Below, in pieces: positions 50,570-60,149 of a stretch of DNA of 64,000 bases. Each line of letters opens with the position of its first letter. Position 1 is the stretch's first letter. The stretch comes from an uncultured candidate division Zixibacteria bacterium. GTDB lineage: Bacteria; Zixibacteria; MSB-5A5; GN15; PGXB01. The DNA lies in assembly GCA_963702205.1 (NCBI GenBank), contig OY969724.1, positions 992,001 through 1,056,000 on the forward strand, written 5' to 3'. The notes beneath the pieces were generated by a model that was not told where the DNA came from, did no database searches, and was given only the letters and a program-made list of their open reading frames with translations. A program made the translations under genes and the position numbers.

Positions 50570-51040
50570 ATGAGAAAATTAATAATTTCGATCAGTTTTT
50601 TAATTTTGCTGTCTTTTCCCGAAGAAGGTTGCACGCAAAATATCGTGATAAACAATGATCTTACTTTCGGCGATGTCTTTCCGGGAATTCCAAAGACCAT
50701 TTCAAAAACCACGCCCGGTTCAGCCGCAGAATTTTTCATTTCCGGAATGGCTGGATCCGAAATAGCCATAGATTTTACGCTTCCAACCTATATGAATTCC
50801 GGTGGCAATAACATACAAATGGTTTTTCGAGATACCGATTGCGCTCTTGATACCAGCGCCACTCCCGATCAAACGAATCCCGGCAGTAATAATCTGGACC
50901 CATGGCATACCATTACATATAGATTAGGCTCAAATGGGTTGACAATCTGGTTAGGCGGAATAATTGTTCCAAAACTTTGGCAAAAACAGGGGAGCTACTC
51001 GGCGATCATTGTCTTAACGGTTGCCTATACGGGCAATTAG
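50570..51040 (+). CDS. Pilin-like exported subunit lacking the N-terminal extension
   Basis: Signal peptide, NDLTFGDV, WLGG, ends LTVAYTGN. Confidence 0.75.
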   Translation: MRKLIISISFLILLSFPEEGCTQNIVINNDLTFGDVFPGIPKTISKTTPGSAAEFFISGMAGSEIAIDFTLPTYMNSGGNNIQMVFRDTDCALDTSATPDQTNPGSNNLDPWHTITYRLGSNGLTIWLGGIIVPKLWQKQGSYSAIIVLTVAYTGN

Positions 51041-51133
51041 TCCGCATATACCATAAATTCCATGATTTAGTATTAATTCCATTATAATTATCGCTGCGCT
51101 GCACGATCTTTCTCCTTTTTTTTGCGTGATCAT

Positions 51134-51160
51134 TCAAGAAAATTTCATATTTGACGATTA
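51134..51160 (+). promoter_or_regulatory. Sigma-28-like promoter upstream of the duplicated pilins
   Basis: TCAA-N15-GACGATTA. Confidence 0.35.
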
Positions 51161-51228
51161 TTCTGCAATAGAAACGGACATTAAACATCTGAATGATATT
51201 TTGGGAAGATAGAATAAAGGAGGTGACT

Positions 51229-51792
51229 ATGCATTCCCATTCAAGGATGAACCACATTTTCAATCGCCTGATAGTAATCATGGTAGCGCTGGTCGTTTTG
51301 GCGCCCGGATTATTAAAAGCACAGGACGTGGCAGTTGGCCAGGCCACCGCCAACGTTTTGGCCGTCCTTAGCGTCACGGCAACACATGATCTGGCCTTCG
51401 GTGATGTCATGCAGGGCGTTCCCCACGTCGCCGACAAGACCGTCATTGCCGATGCCGGTGTTTTTCAGGTTACCGGGGAAGGTGGACAGGAAGTCGCCAT
51501 GTTTCTTCAGTTGCCGGATTACCTTTGGAATTCAACCAATACGGACCGTCTGGTCGTTGCTTTCAGCGCCACCGATGCCGATCTTGATACAACCGCAGCC
51601 GGAACTCCGGCGGCCCATGGTTTGGGCGCAATAGCTGATCAAGATCCGCATGCGCTTCCGGAAACGGCCCTTGGCGGAGCCGACAATATTCTGCAGATAT
51701 TTCTCGGCGGCACGGTGCATCCGACCGTCGACCAGAGAGCGTCATCCTATGATGCCGACATTATTCTGACAGTGGCTTATACGGGCAACTAA
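51229..51792 (+). CDS. Pilin-like exported subunit (probable major subunit)
   Basis: Strong AAGGAGGTG RBS; QATANV, HDLAFGDV, FLGGTV, LTVAYTGN. Confidence 0.8.
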   Translation: MHSHSRMNHIFNRLIVIMVALVVLAPGLLKAQDVAVGQATANVLAVLSVTATHDLAFGDVMQGVPHVADKTVIADAGVFQVTGEGGQEVAMFLQLPDYLWNSTNTDRLVVAFSATDADLDTTAAGTPAAHGLGAIADQDPHALPETALGGADNILQIFLGGTVHPTVDQRASSYDADIILTVAYTGN

Positions 51793-51831
51793 TAAATCCT
51801 AACAAACGGGCAACCAGTAGGAGATATTAAG

Positions 51832-52386
51832 ATGCGATTCAGCAAGGATACAAGAAAAGCATACATATTATTGATGGCCGTAGCAATAGCTCTGGCTCCG
51901 ATGGCAGTGATGGCTCAGGACGTTTCCACCGGCCAGGCCACCGCCAACGTTTTAGCCGTCCTTAGCGTCACGGCTACTCATGATCTGGCTTTCGGTGATG
52001 TCATGCAGGGCGTTCCCCACGTCGCCGACAAGGCCGTCATTGCCGATGCCGGTGTTTTTCAGGTTACCGGAGAAGGCGGGCAGGAAATCGCCATGTTTCT
52101 TCAGTTACCGGATTACCTCTGGAATTCAACCAATACAGACCGTCTGGTTATTTCGTTCGGCGCCACCGATGCCGATATCGATACAACCGCAGCCGGAACT
52201 CCGGCTGTCCATGGCGGCGGTGTAATAGTCGACGAGGATCCGCACTATCTTCCCGAGACGGCTCTTGGAGGAACTGATAATATCCTCCAGATATTTCTCG
52301 GGGGCACGGTTTATCCAACCGTCGACCAGAGAGCGGCGGCCTATGATGCCGACATTATTCTGACAGTGGCCTATACCGGCAATTAA
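51832..52386 (+). CDS. Pilin-like exported subunit, near-identical tandem duplicate
   Basis: Mature region almost identical in nt and aa to 51229..51792; different signal peptide. Confidence 0.8.
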   Translation: MRFSKDTRKAYILLMAVAIALAPMAVMAQDVSTGQATANVLAVLSVTATHDLAFGDVMQGVPHVADKAVIADAGVFQVTGEGGQEIAMFLQLPDYLWNSTNTDRLVISFGATDADIDTTAAGTPAVHGGGVIVDEDPHYLPETALGGTDNILQIFLGGTVYPTVDQRAAAYDADIILTVAYTGN

Positions 52387-52430
52387 TAAAATATTGTTGT
52401 CGGTTTGGCTAATATTGTTTTAATAGTTTT

Positions 52431-52464
52431 CTTTAAGGCATTCGCTGGAGCGAATGCCTTAAAG
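52431..52464. terminator. Perfect 16-bp inverted repeat (mRNA stabiliser/attenuator)
   Basis: CTTTAAGGCATTCGCT-GG-AGCGAATGCCTTAAAG between the pilins and the chaperone; no U tract on +. Confidence 0.6.
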
Positions 52465-52511
52465 CGCGAAGTAACATATGGGATCAAAATAAGACATTGG
52501 ATGAGGATAAC

Positions 52512-53384
52512 ATGGAGAGAGAATTATCCAGCCTTCGAAGCGTAATTAATAAGCACGTCCGGAGAATTTTTGTTTCAATCACGCTTATTTTAATTTCATT
52601 TTCTGCCGGCTTTGCCGGAGTTCTGGTAGCCCCGACAAGTGTTTTTATGTCGGAATATGACCGCACCGGTCGCATTACCGTCCAGAATCCATCTGACAAA
52701 CCCAAAGAAATTTCAATTCATATCGCTTATGGTATTCCTGTCTCTGATTCATTGGGCGACGTTCAGATTACGCTTCTGGATTCAGGAGTGACCGACCCAC
52801 ATTGTGCCATGGACTGGATTAAGGCCTTTCCGCAAAGAATCGTTCTTGCTCCCAACTCCTCTCAGGTGATCCGCCTGCGAGCCAATCCACCTAAAAATTT
52901 GCCTGATGGTGAATACTGGGCGCGCATTGTGGTGCGATCTCAAGAGGGACAGACTTCCCTGCCGACGGCTGATGGTGGCGACAAGATTACGGCCAAGCTG
53001 AACATGATAATGCAAACGGCAATAACGCTGAAATACCGCACGGGAAATCTTGTCTCCAAATTGGAGATTATGAAATCTGACATCCAGCAATTCGATACAA
53101 CCGTAATCGCTACCATATCAATGGCTAATCGTGGCAACGTGTCTTATGTCGGAGTATTAACCTGCCGCCTTCTCGACGCCGCCGGCAAAGAAATTTCCAA
53201 GGATGACATGAGTCTTGCAGTTTATTATGAATTAACGCGCCGGATTGAGCTGCCTATTAAAGGCTCGGGCTATACCCGTCCCCTTAAAGTGGAAGTCCAC
53301 ATTACTACGGACGGACGAACCGATATCGCTGACACTGATATGATTACCGGAAATGTAGTGAATTATTCACTACCCGTCCAATAG
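52512..53384 (+). CDS. Pilus assembly chaperone-like protein (PapD-like, two Ig domains)
   Basis: GVLVAPT, ITVQN, FPQRIVLAPNSSQVIRL, LPDGEYW, NRGNVS. Confidence 0.7.
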   Translation: MERELSSLRSVINKHVRRIFVSITLILISFSAGFAGVLVAPTSVFMSEYDRTGRITVQNPSDKPKEISIHIAYGIPVSDSLGDVQITLLDSGVTDPHCAMDWIKAFPQRIVLAPNSSQVIRLRANPPKNLPDGEYWARIVVRSQEGQTSLPTADGGDKITAKLNMIMQTAITLKYRTGNLVSKLEIMKSDIQQFDTTVIATISMANRGNVSYVGVLTCRLLDAAGKEISKDDMSLAVYYELTRRIELPIKGSGYTRPLKVEVHITTDGRTDIADTDMITGNVVNYSLPVQ

Positions 53385-53398
53385 GACAGGTCATCAGT

Positions 53399-55957
53399 AT
53401 GCAGAAACCCGATCTGAAATATTGGGGCGTATCTCTGGCGATCATCATCATTCTGGCCGGCGGCTTTTTTATTGATCGAGCCGATGCCTCGACCGATGAA
53501 ATCGTCATCCGATTCGAAGTGCCTCGTCTTCTCCAGAAAGATATCACTGCTCAGTACAGCAACGACCAATTATATCTCCCGCTTGTCGAAATGTTCTCCT
53601 TGCTGGAAATTAATGTCGATATTGACCCTCAACATACTGTTTTTTCCGGGGATTATTTAGGCCAGGGTAGTCATTTCGAAATAAACACTACCAGGGGAAA
53701 AGCGCAATCCTCCGGAAAGACAATCTCGCTGGACAGCACCGTTTCGATTTTGACTCCATCGGATTTATTTCTAAGATATGATCTCTATGACTCACTGTTC
53801 AACCTCCAAATATACTTCGATTTTTCCGAGTTAAGGGTTAATCTGCCTTTGAACAAAGACTTTCCGGCCTATCAGGTATTAACCCGTAAATTGGCGCATC
53901 AGGAACTGATGGCCGCCGAGACAGCACAAAAAGATATTGCCAGAATCCCTCGAGAGAAAACCAAATTGGAAGGAGGCGTTGCCGATTGGGCCTTAACCGC
54001 CAGCCCCATCGGAGGAGGCAGCCATTATGGAAACGTCGGTCTGGGCGGGATGGTTTTTGGCGGCGATTTGGCCGTGCGGGCGTCCGCCGACAGCAAAAAT
54101 GGCCTGCTGACCGATCAGTTGGACTACCGATGGCATTATTATTTTGAAAATAGTAAATATATCTCGCGGGCCGAGTTGGGTATGGTCAACACTTCCGGAC
54201 TAATCGGAAGAAATCTTAAAGGTGCTCTTGTAACCAATCAGCCCGAAATTGAACGCAAATACTTTGAAACCATAAATCTCGAAGGCCATCTGGGTGAAGG
54301 TTGGGAAGTTGAACTATATGTCAATAATAAATTGGTCGATTTCACTTATACCGATCAAAATGGCGATTACAATTTTCTGGTGGATATCGTCTATGGCTCA
54401 TCGCGGATTTTGATTAAAATGTTCGGCCCCGATGGTCAAATGGAGACAGAGGATAAGTTTATCAGTGTACCCTATAATCTAATCCCCAGGAACGATATTG
54501 AATATACTCTGGCGACCGGAACCTCCGGCAGCTCCAACAACCGGGGCAAATATGGACAAGGAATGCTTTTCTATGGGATTTTTAATAACCTCACGGCCGG
54601 CCTTAGTGGTGATATCCCGATCGCATCGGAAACTGAGGAGAAGGCGGCCATGGCAGGGGAAGTCACATATCATCCTATGGGGAATTTAATAGTCAATGGA
54701 TCATTCGCGCCGGGAAATTCGGCGAAACTTTCCTTGAATTTCTCCCAACCGTCGATGATCGGCATTAGCGGAAGTTTCACCAACTATTATGAAAATAGCC
54801 TGAACAACAAGATGGGACAAATCAGCAATACGCGTTTTTCGATTTCGTTGCCCATAAAATTCGGCCAGAGACGTCTTGGTCTGAGGTACCATTTGAGTTT
54901 TGATCAATACCGAAATTATACGCATACAAATATGAGCTATGGCTTCAATGGTTCCATTTATAAATTCAACTTCAATTATCTGGGCAGCAATAAGATCATC
55001 GATTTTAATAACCGTATGGAACGCGAATTAACCAGTCAGCTGATATTGTCGTGCAATTTAATAAGATTCATTAGACCGCAGGTAAGATTAAATTATAATC
55101 ATAATCTCAATGAACTTTCCTCGGTTGCCCTGTTTCTTACCAAAAGAATATTCAAAACCGGACAGGCTTCCTTTTCTTTCGATAGGAATTTGCAGACGCA
55201 AAGCAATATTATCATGTTTACGATAAGCCTCTTCACCGATTTCGCCGAATTTTCGACCAAGGCGCACTCTTTCTCAGGGCAATTATCGGTCAGTCAAGTC
55301 CAGCGAGGCTCCATTCGCTTTGATCAATGGGATAAGGCCTTCAAGTTCGATCGCAGAAACGGTCTCGGTTTGGGGACCGCCAAGATATGGCCATTCCTCG
55401 ACCAAAATTATAATGGTGTTCGCGAAGAGGGCGAACCGCTTCTTCCCGAATTGCGGGCCAAAGTCGGCGGCTCTTCCGGAAAAAAATATGGCAAAGGACA
55501 GCTATATTATTATGACGGGCTTCGGGCTTACAACCAGTACACTGTCAGGATTGATCCCTATAGCCTGGACAACCCCCAGTTGCAACCTGCCCATGAAAAT
55601 TTCCTCGTGACGATTAACCCCAACACTGTTTCAGAAATCGATATTCCGGTTGTGACGGCCGGTGAAGTAACCGGTCAGGTTGACAGAAATATTGAAGACG
55701 GCAAAGTCGGCGTCGGGGGAATTCAAGTCGAATTGATGAACGAAGCGACCGGGAAAATAACCGAGATTATAACTTTTAATAATGGCGAATTTTATCACCT
55801 GGGTCTGGTTCCCGGAATGTATCGGGCTTATATCGACCGGGATCAATTAAAAAAATACGGCTATATTGCGGAACCGGCCGTTCGCTCCTTTCAGGTCAAA
55901 ACGGTTGAAGGGGGCGATTATATCGACAATATCAATTTCACAATCATCCCTCAATAA
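53399..55957 (+). CDS. Usher-like outer-membrane protein with C-terminal SdrD/carboxypeptidase-regulatory-like domains
   Basis: 852 aa, signal peptide, WEVELYVNN...YG...GPDGQ plug-like segment, aromatic beta strands, FLDQNYNGVREEGEP, GLVPGMY. Confidence 0.7.
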   Translation: MQKPDLKYWGVSLAIIIILAGGFFIDRADASTDEIVIRFEVPRLLQKDITAQYSNDQLYLPLVEMFSLLEINVDIDPQHTVFSGDYLGQGSHFEINTTRGKAQSSGKTISLDSTVSILTPSDLFLRYDLYDSLFNLQIYFDFSELRVNLPLNKDFPAYQVLTRKLAHQELMAAETAQKDIARIPREKTKLEGGVADWALTASPIGGGSHYGNVGLGGMVFGGDLAVRASADSKNGLLTDQLDYRWHYYFENSKYISRAELGMVNTSGLIGRNLKGALVTNQPEIERKYFETINLEGHLGEGWEVELYVNNKLVDFTYTDQNGDYNFLVDIVYGSSRILIKMFGPDGQMETEDKFISVPYNLIPRNDIEYTLATGTSGSSNNRGKYGQGMLFYGIFNNLTAGLSGDIPIASETEEKAAMAGEVTYHPMGNLIVNGSFAPGNSAKLSLNFSQPSMIGISGSFTNYYENSLNNKMGQISNTRFSISLPIKFGQRRLGLRYHLSFDQYRNYTHTNMSYGFNGSIYKFNFNYLGSNKIIDFNNRMERELTSQLILSCNLIRFIRPQVRLNYNHNLNELSSVALFLTKRIFKTGQASFSFDRNLQTQSNIIMFTISLFTDFAEFSTKAHSFSGQLSVSQVQRGSIRFDQWDKAFKFDRRNGLGLGTAKIWPFLDQNYNGVREEGEPLLPELRAKVGGSSGKKYGKGQLYYYDGLRAYNQYTVRIDPYSLDNPQLQPAHENFLVTINPNTVSEIDIPVVTAGEVTGQVDRNIEDGKVGVGGIQVELMNEATGKITEIITFNNGEFYHLGLVPGMYRAYIDRDQLKKYGYIAEPAVRSFQVKTVEGGDYIDNINFTIIPQ

Positions 55958-56418
55958 TCTCCCCGCCCACAGAAATCAGAAACCTGCGGCTGAATGGCAA
56001 AGGTATCGGTGAAACAATCGGCTATATGAATGCAACACACTTGATTTGATCGCAACGGATCCAAATATCACTCTCGGAAAACTTTTTTGACATTTCGTTT
56101 TCCTGTCCGATTACACTATGCCATAGTTATGGGAAGCCCATGCAGGGTTATGGATTAAGGCGGCGATCGATGCTGTATTACGGGCTGAAATGATTCCTTC
56201 ATATGTCAGCCGCTCAGATGTAATATTGTCTCGTACTCACCGTTGACCCTTTTTTGCATTAAATAGGAACAAATTCCAACAGCGACTTGTTAAGTCCATA
56301 ATTATTAAGCTATTCTGATGATACCCATTAATCCTCTCTTTTAGTTTGGAGTGATTAGCATACGGGGATAGCTGGTTGAAATTTGTGAGTGAGGAACTCA
56401 AATGGAAAGAGGTGCTCT

Positions 56419-56790
56419 TTGAAATTACGCAAAGAAGAAATGACAATTGAATTGGAATTGCCGGTCGCAACATTTCGTGTTGCCGAATGGGATGATATGG
56501 CCGTTGCATATGTCAAGCTTGCGGCGGGTGCGGATGCGACACCACTGCTTGAGGGACTGCCCGGTAATAAATGCCAATGTCCGCATTGGGGCTATATGCT
56601 TGCAGGGGCTATTCACGTGCGCTATAGCGACGGCAAAGAGGAAGTATGTCGGGCTGGTGAGACGTTTCATTGGCCTGCCGGCCATACTGTTTGGGTGGAA
56701 GAGGATACTTCATTCATTGAATTCAGCCCCAGGAAATCACTTAAGGAAGTTTACGATCATATCGGCAACAAAGTAGCATCTGCCGGCTAA
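56419..56790 (+). CDS. Cupin domain protein
   Basis: CQCPHWGYMLAG, FHWPAGHT, IEFSP. Confidence 0.8.
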   Translation: MKLRKEEMTIELELPVATFRVAEWDDMAVAYVKLAAGADATPLLEGLPGNKCQCPHWGYMLAGAIHVRYSDGKEEVCRAGETFHWPAGHTVWVEEDTSFIEFSPRKSLKEVYDHIGNKVASAG

Positions 56791-56809
56791 TGATATTGAT
56801 GTGAAATAT

Positions 56810-56843
56810 AAAGCCCCGGCTGGCGCCGGGGCTTTTTCATTTT
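56810..56843 (+). terminator. Rho-independent terminator
   Basis: AAAGCCCCGGC-TGGC-GCCGGGGCTTT followed by TTCATTTT. Confidence 0.85.
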
Positions 56844-57057
56844 TACGGCGCGGGTTGTGAGACGAGTTCCACAACCGGGTGATGGAGCATATCTCCTGGA
56901 GAGATTATACGGCGTTCGCCAGTTTCGCCTCCGACTTCATACGGCAAAACGAGAAGCAGTATCCTGCTCAAAAATACAGGTTGACCTTCGCGGATTAGAT
57001 GGCTTATATTACGGATAATTAAGTCTAGTTTTAGAGTTTCTTGAAGGGAGAGGACCT

Positions 57058-58191
57058 ATGACATTCAAGGGATTATCTGTATTAATGACGGCCTGTTTAT
57101 TAGTGCTAATGTGCATATTGGTTGGCGGGTGTTCGGACGACAAACCGACCGATTCCAAACAATACGGCTGGGCCGCCCTCGGATCTGGCATGAACGACTA
57201 TGTCTTTGCTCTCGCTGATTATGACGGTGATTTGATCGCCGGAGGATTTTTCACGACTGCCGGTGGCGAAAGCGCCAATCACATCGCGGGCTGGGATGTT
57301 TCGGCGTGGTCGCCGCTCGGGACGGGAATGTACAAGGATTACCGTGTTACAGCTAACACCGTTTCCTACAGAACACCGATGAATGGCATTAGCGTTGATG
57401 CCCTGGTCGTCAATGGCGCCAGCCTGATTGCCGCGGGCACAATCACTGAAGCCGGCGGGGTAAGTGTCAACAACATCGCGGCCTGGAATGGCTCATTATG
57501 GGCGGGCCTCAGCTCAGGTCTCATCGGTTCTGTTGGCGACCTTGCCATCTATGACGGCGAGCTGATCGCCGGAGGTGGGTTTACGTTGGCCGGCGGAGTA
57601 AGTGTCAACAATATTGCAGCCTGGGACGGCACATCGTGGTCGCCCCTCGGCTCAGGTCTAAATGGTTATGTTTATGCCCTCGCCGTCTATGATAACAAAC
57701 TGTTTGCCGTAGGTACATTCACTACGGCCGGCGGGGTGAGCGCCAATCGTATTGCGGCCTGGGACGGCTCGTCATGGGCACCCCTCGGATCAGGTCTGAA
57801 CGAAAACGGCGCTACTGATCTCGCGATCTATGACGGTAAGCTGTTTGCCGCAGGCCAGTTTACTACGGCCGGCGGGGTGAGTGCCAATCGTATTGCGGCC
57901 TGGGACGGCTCATCCTGGGCGCCTCTCGGCTCAGGACTGAATAGCTTTGTTTCCGCCCTCACGGTCTATGATTCTAAACTGATTGCCGGGGGCAATTTTA
58001 TCACAGCCGGTGGGGTAAGTGCAAGTAAAATAGCAAGCTGGGACGGCTCATCATGGTCGTCGCTCGGGACGGGAATGAATGATATCGTCGACGCTCTCAC
58101 TGTTTATGACAACAAGCTTATTGCCGGAGGAAATTTTACCACCGCCGGTGGGGTAAATGCCAATCGCATTGCGGCTTGGGGGCCGAAATAG
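57058..58191 (+). CDS. Lipoprotein with WDG-x-x-W-x-x-LG beta-propeller repeats (paralog of 38694..39779)
   Basis: Lipobox LVGGC-SDD, same repeat unit, ends IAAWG. Confidence 0.82.
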   Translation: MTFKGLSVLMTACLLVLMCILVGGCSDDKPTDSKQYGWAALGSGMNDYVFALADYDGDLIAGGFFTTAGGESANHIAGWDVSAWSPLGTGMYKDYRVTANTVSYRTPMNGISVDALVVNGASLIAAGTITEAGGVSVNNIAAWNGSLWAGLSSGLIGSVGDLAIYDGELIAGGGFTLAGGVSVNNIAAWDGTSWSPLGSGLNGYVYALAVYDNKLFAVGTFTTAGGVSANRIAAWDGSSWAPLGSGLNENGATDLAIYDGKLFAAGQFTTAGGVSANRIAAWDGSSWAPLGSGLNSFVSALTVYDSKLIAGGNFITAGGVSASKIASWDGSSWSSLGTGMNDIVDALTVYDNKLIAGGNFTTAGGVNANRIAAWGPK

Positions 58192-58392
58192 CGTTCCCCC
58201 GCACCAGCTTCTTATTTTGTGACAAAACAATGGCCCCGGCGACAACCAAGGCCCTCAAAGTAAAAAGCGGAGCAGCGAAACGTGTTTCGCGAGTAAAAAG
58301 CTGTTGACCAGGATATTACGGGTCGAACCGTATATTTTCATCTGGATTTCATATTAAAGCACGTTATTATGTCTAAAACGATGAGATAGAAT

Positions 58393-59091
58393 ATGCGCGT
58401 GCTGATTATAGAGGATGACCGGAGAGTTGCGGAGACAATAGCCAAAAACCTTCGGGCCGAAAGCTTTGCGGTTGATATCGCCCGTGACGGCGAGTCTGGC
58501 GAGGAATTGGCCAAAATCGATGATTACGATGTTATCGTGCTCGACCTGATGCTGCCCGAACAGGATGGCTGGAAAACGTGCTCCAATTTGCGCAAGGACG
58601 GTATTCTTACACCCATTCTGATGCTGACCGCCCTTGACGATGTCTCTGATAAGATTCGCGGCCTCGATTCAGGCGCCGATGATTATCTCACCAAGCCATT
58701 CCATTTCGGCGAGCTGCTGGCGCGCATCAGGTCGCTTATCCGACGGCATTCGACCGTGCGCAATACCAACGTCGAAAGCTTTGGTCTCCGGCTTGATCTT
58801 AACACTCACAAGGCGTTTCGTGACAATCGCGAGATTAATTTAACGGCCAAAGAATTTGCATTGCTTGAGTTGTTTATGCTGCATCCCCGACGGATTCTGT
58901 CACGGCAGGAAATATCCGAGCATTTGTGGGATATGAACTTCGACCCCAAAAGCAATGTTATCGAATCCTTCATCAGATTTCTGAGAAAAAAAATAGACTA
59001 CGGATTCGACCGACAGTTAATCCATACCATGCGGGGTGCCGGATACATGTTTTCGGACACCGACCCGCACGCGCCGATTGATGAAAAATGA
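58393..59091 (+). CDS. OmpR/PhoB family response regulator
   Basis: [41 protein letters not shown]. Confidence 0.93.
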   Translation: MRVLIIEDDRRVAETIAKNLRAESFAVDIARDGESGEELAKIDDYDVIVLDLMLPEQDGWKTCSNLRKDGILTPILMLTALDDVSDKIRGLDSGADDYLTKPFHFGELLARIRSLIRRHSTVRNTNVESFGLRLDLNTHKAFRDNREINLTAKEFALLELFMLHPRRILSRQEISEHLWDMNFDPKSNVIESFIRFLRKKIDYGFDRQLIHTMRGAGYMFSDTDPHAPIDEK

Positions 59092-59160
59092 CCATACGCG
59101 CCAAAATCATTTTAGCCAATATTGTCGTTTTCGGGATCATTCTCATTGCCGCGGCGGTCG
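59088..59160 (+). pseudogene. Truncated N-terminus of the cognate sensor histidine kinase
   Basis: ATGA overlap with the regulator; [22 protein letters not shown] is a typical first TM, after which the sequence is the antisense of a ktrB-like gene. Confidence 0.65.
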
Positions 59161-59530
59161 TCTTGATGCCGCCGCCACAGGACCCCGGGGACGCCCCAAT
59201 GAACATGAGCACTATCATCATGGTCAGAGTGGCCTCATTTAGCGAACCAATATCTACGGTGTTAAACCCGACCGTGCGGCAAGTGACCGACTGAAACAAT
59301 GACACCAATACCAGGATAACCAGTTGACCGAAAGTCGAGAAGCAGCATCCCGTGTCTGCCACAATCAGCCCGGTCGCATACGGCCGACGTGGCAGTAAAG
59401 AGCGCATCGGTCCACGAGATGTATCCGGAAGTCGTGGATATTGGCAGCTTCAACAACACCATCCCGATGAGTATAGCCGCGAGGAAACTGGCCACGACAA
59501 AGCTGGCCGGGTGTATTCTGAGAATGCGCC
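59156..59530 (-). pseudogene. Degraded TrkH/KtrB-type K+ transporter gene
   Basis: [14 protein letters not shown] (frameshifted), [10 protein letters not shown] joined directly to [31 protein letters not shown], then ends. Confidence 0.8.
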
Positions 59531-59538
59531 CCGAATTG

Positions 59539-60149
59539 TCAAGACGTCTTCGACTTCTTTTTCGATCTCAGGAAGTATTCGCAGTGAGTGTGAGCTTCAG
59601 CCTCGCATAGCTCGTGAAGGCGTCTACCGGCTAGTACCAGGCGGTCCGAATAGGCTCCGCAAACGGTCATCTCATGGTCCTCAGCTATCCTGGCATAGTG
59701 GAGAAATGGACAAAGTGGCGACAGTAGTCTCTCCGGGCGGTTCTTCTCACTAAGGTGATTGATAAGGCCGGGCAGATCCGGGTATCGAGCCCCGGAGATT
59801 CTTCGATCCAGACGTAATCGACCCCGGCTTGCTTAAGTTCCTCAAGTAATAGTCGGTGCTTGGTCGGCAAGAGCGCAAGAATTCGCGACTCCCGGGAATG
59901 GCGGTTCCTCTTCAGTGCTGCGCATAATTCGACCAATATTTTTCGCTCGGGGACAAGATCGTCCGTGAATCGGACAACCACAATTCCCGGATGCTCCTCG
60001 GTAACTCGATCAAGACACCGAATCGGACTTACCGTCACATTGAGGTCGGTATACTCAGCATTTTTGACATCGTATCTCGGATCGCATATCAAGATTGCCG
60101 ATTCCGGGCCGACGTGCCGACTTTCCTGATATTCGCTCTTCTTAGGCAT
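59539..60149 (-). pseudogene. Hypothetical protein (receiver-like N-terminus, Cys/His-rich C-terminus), frameshifted near 59780
   Basis: Adding one base near GATACCCGG continues into ...LCPFLHY...VCGAYSDRLVL...LCEAEAHTHCEYFLRSKKKSKTS*. Confidence 0.55.

Noticed and set aside
55958..56418. Riboswitch or ncRNA in the long intergenic region (also checked 9506..9625 and 56840..56990)
   Set aside because: No recognisable c-di-GMP, yybP-ykoY or fluoride consensus by eye. An Rfam cmscan is needed to exclude one.
57640..58180. Periodic nucleotide repeats as a CRISPR array
   Set aside because: The period is about 140 nt, the repeats are in frame and coding, and there are no unique spacers or cas genes.
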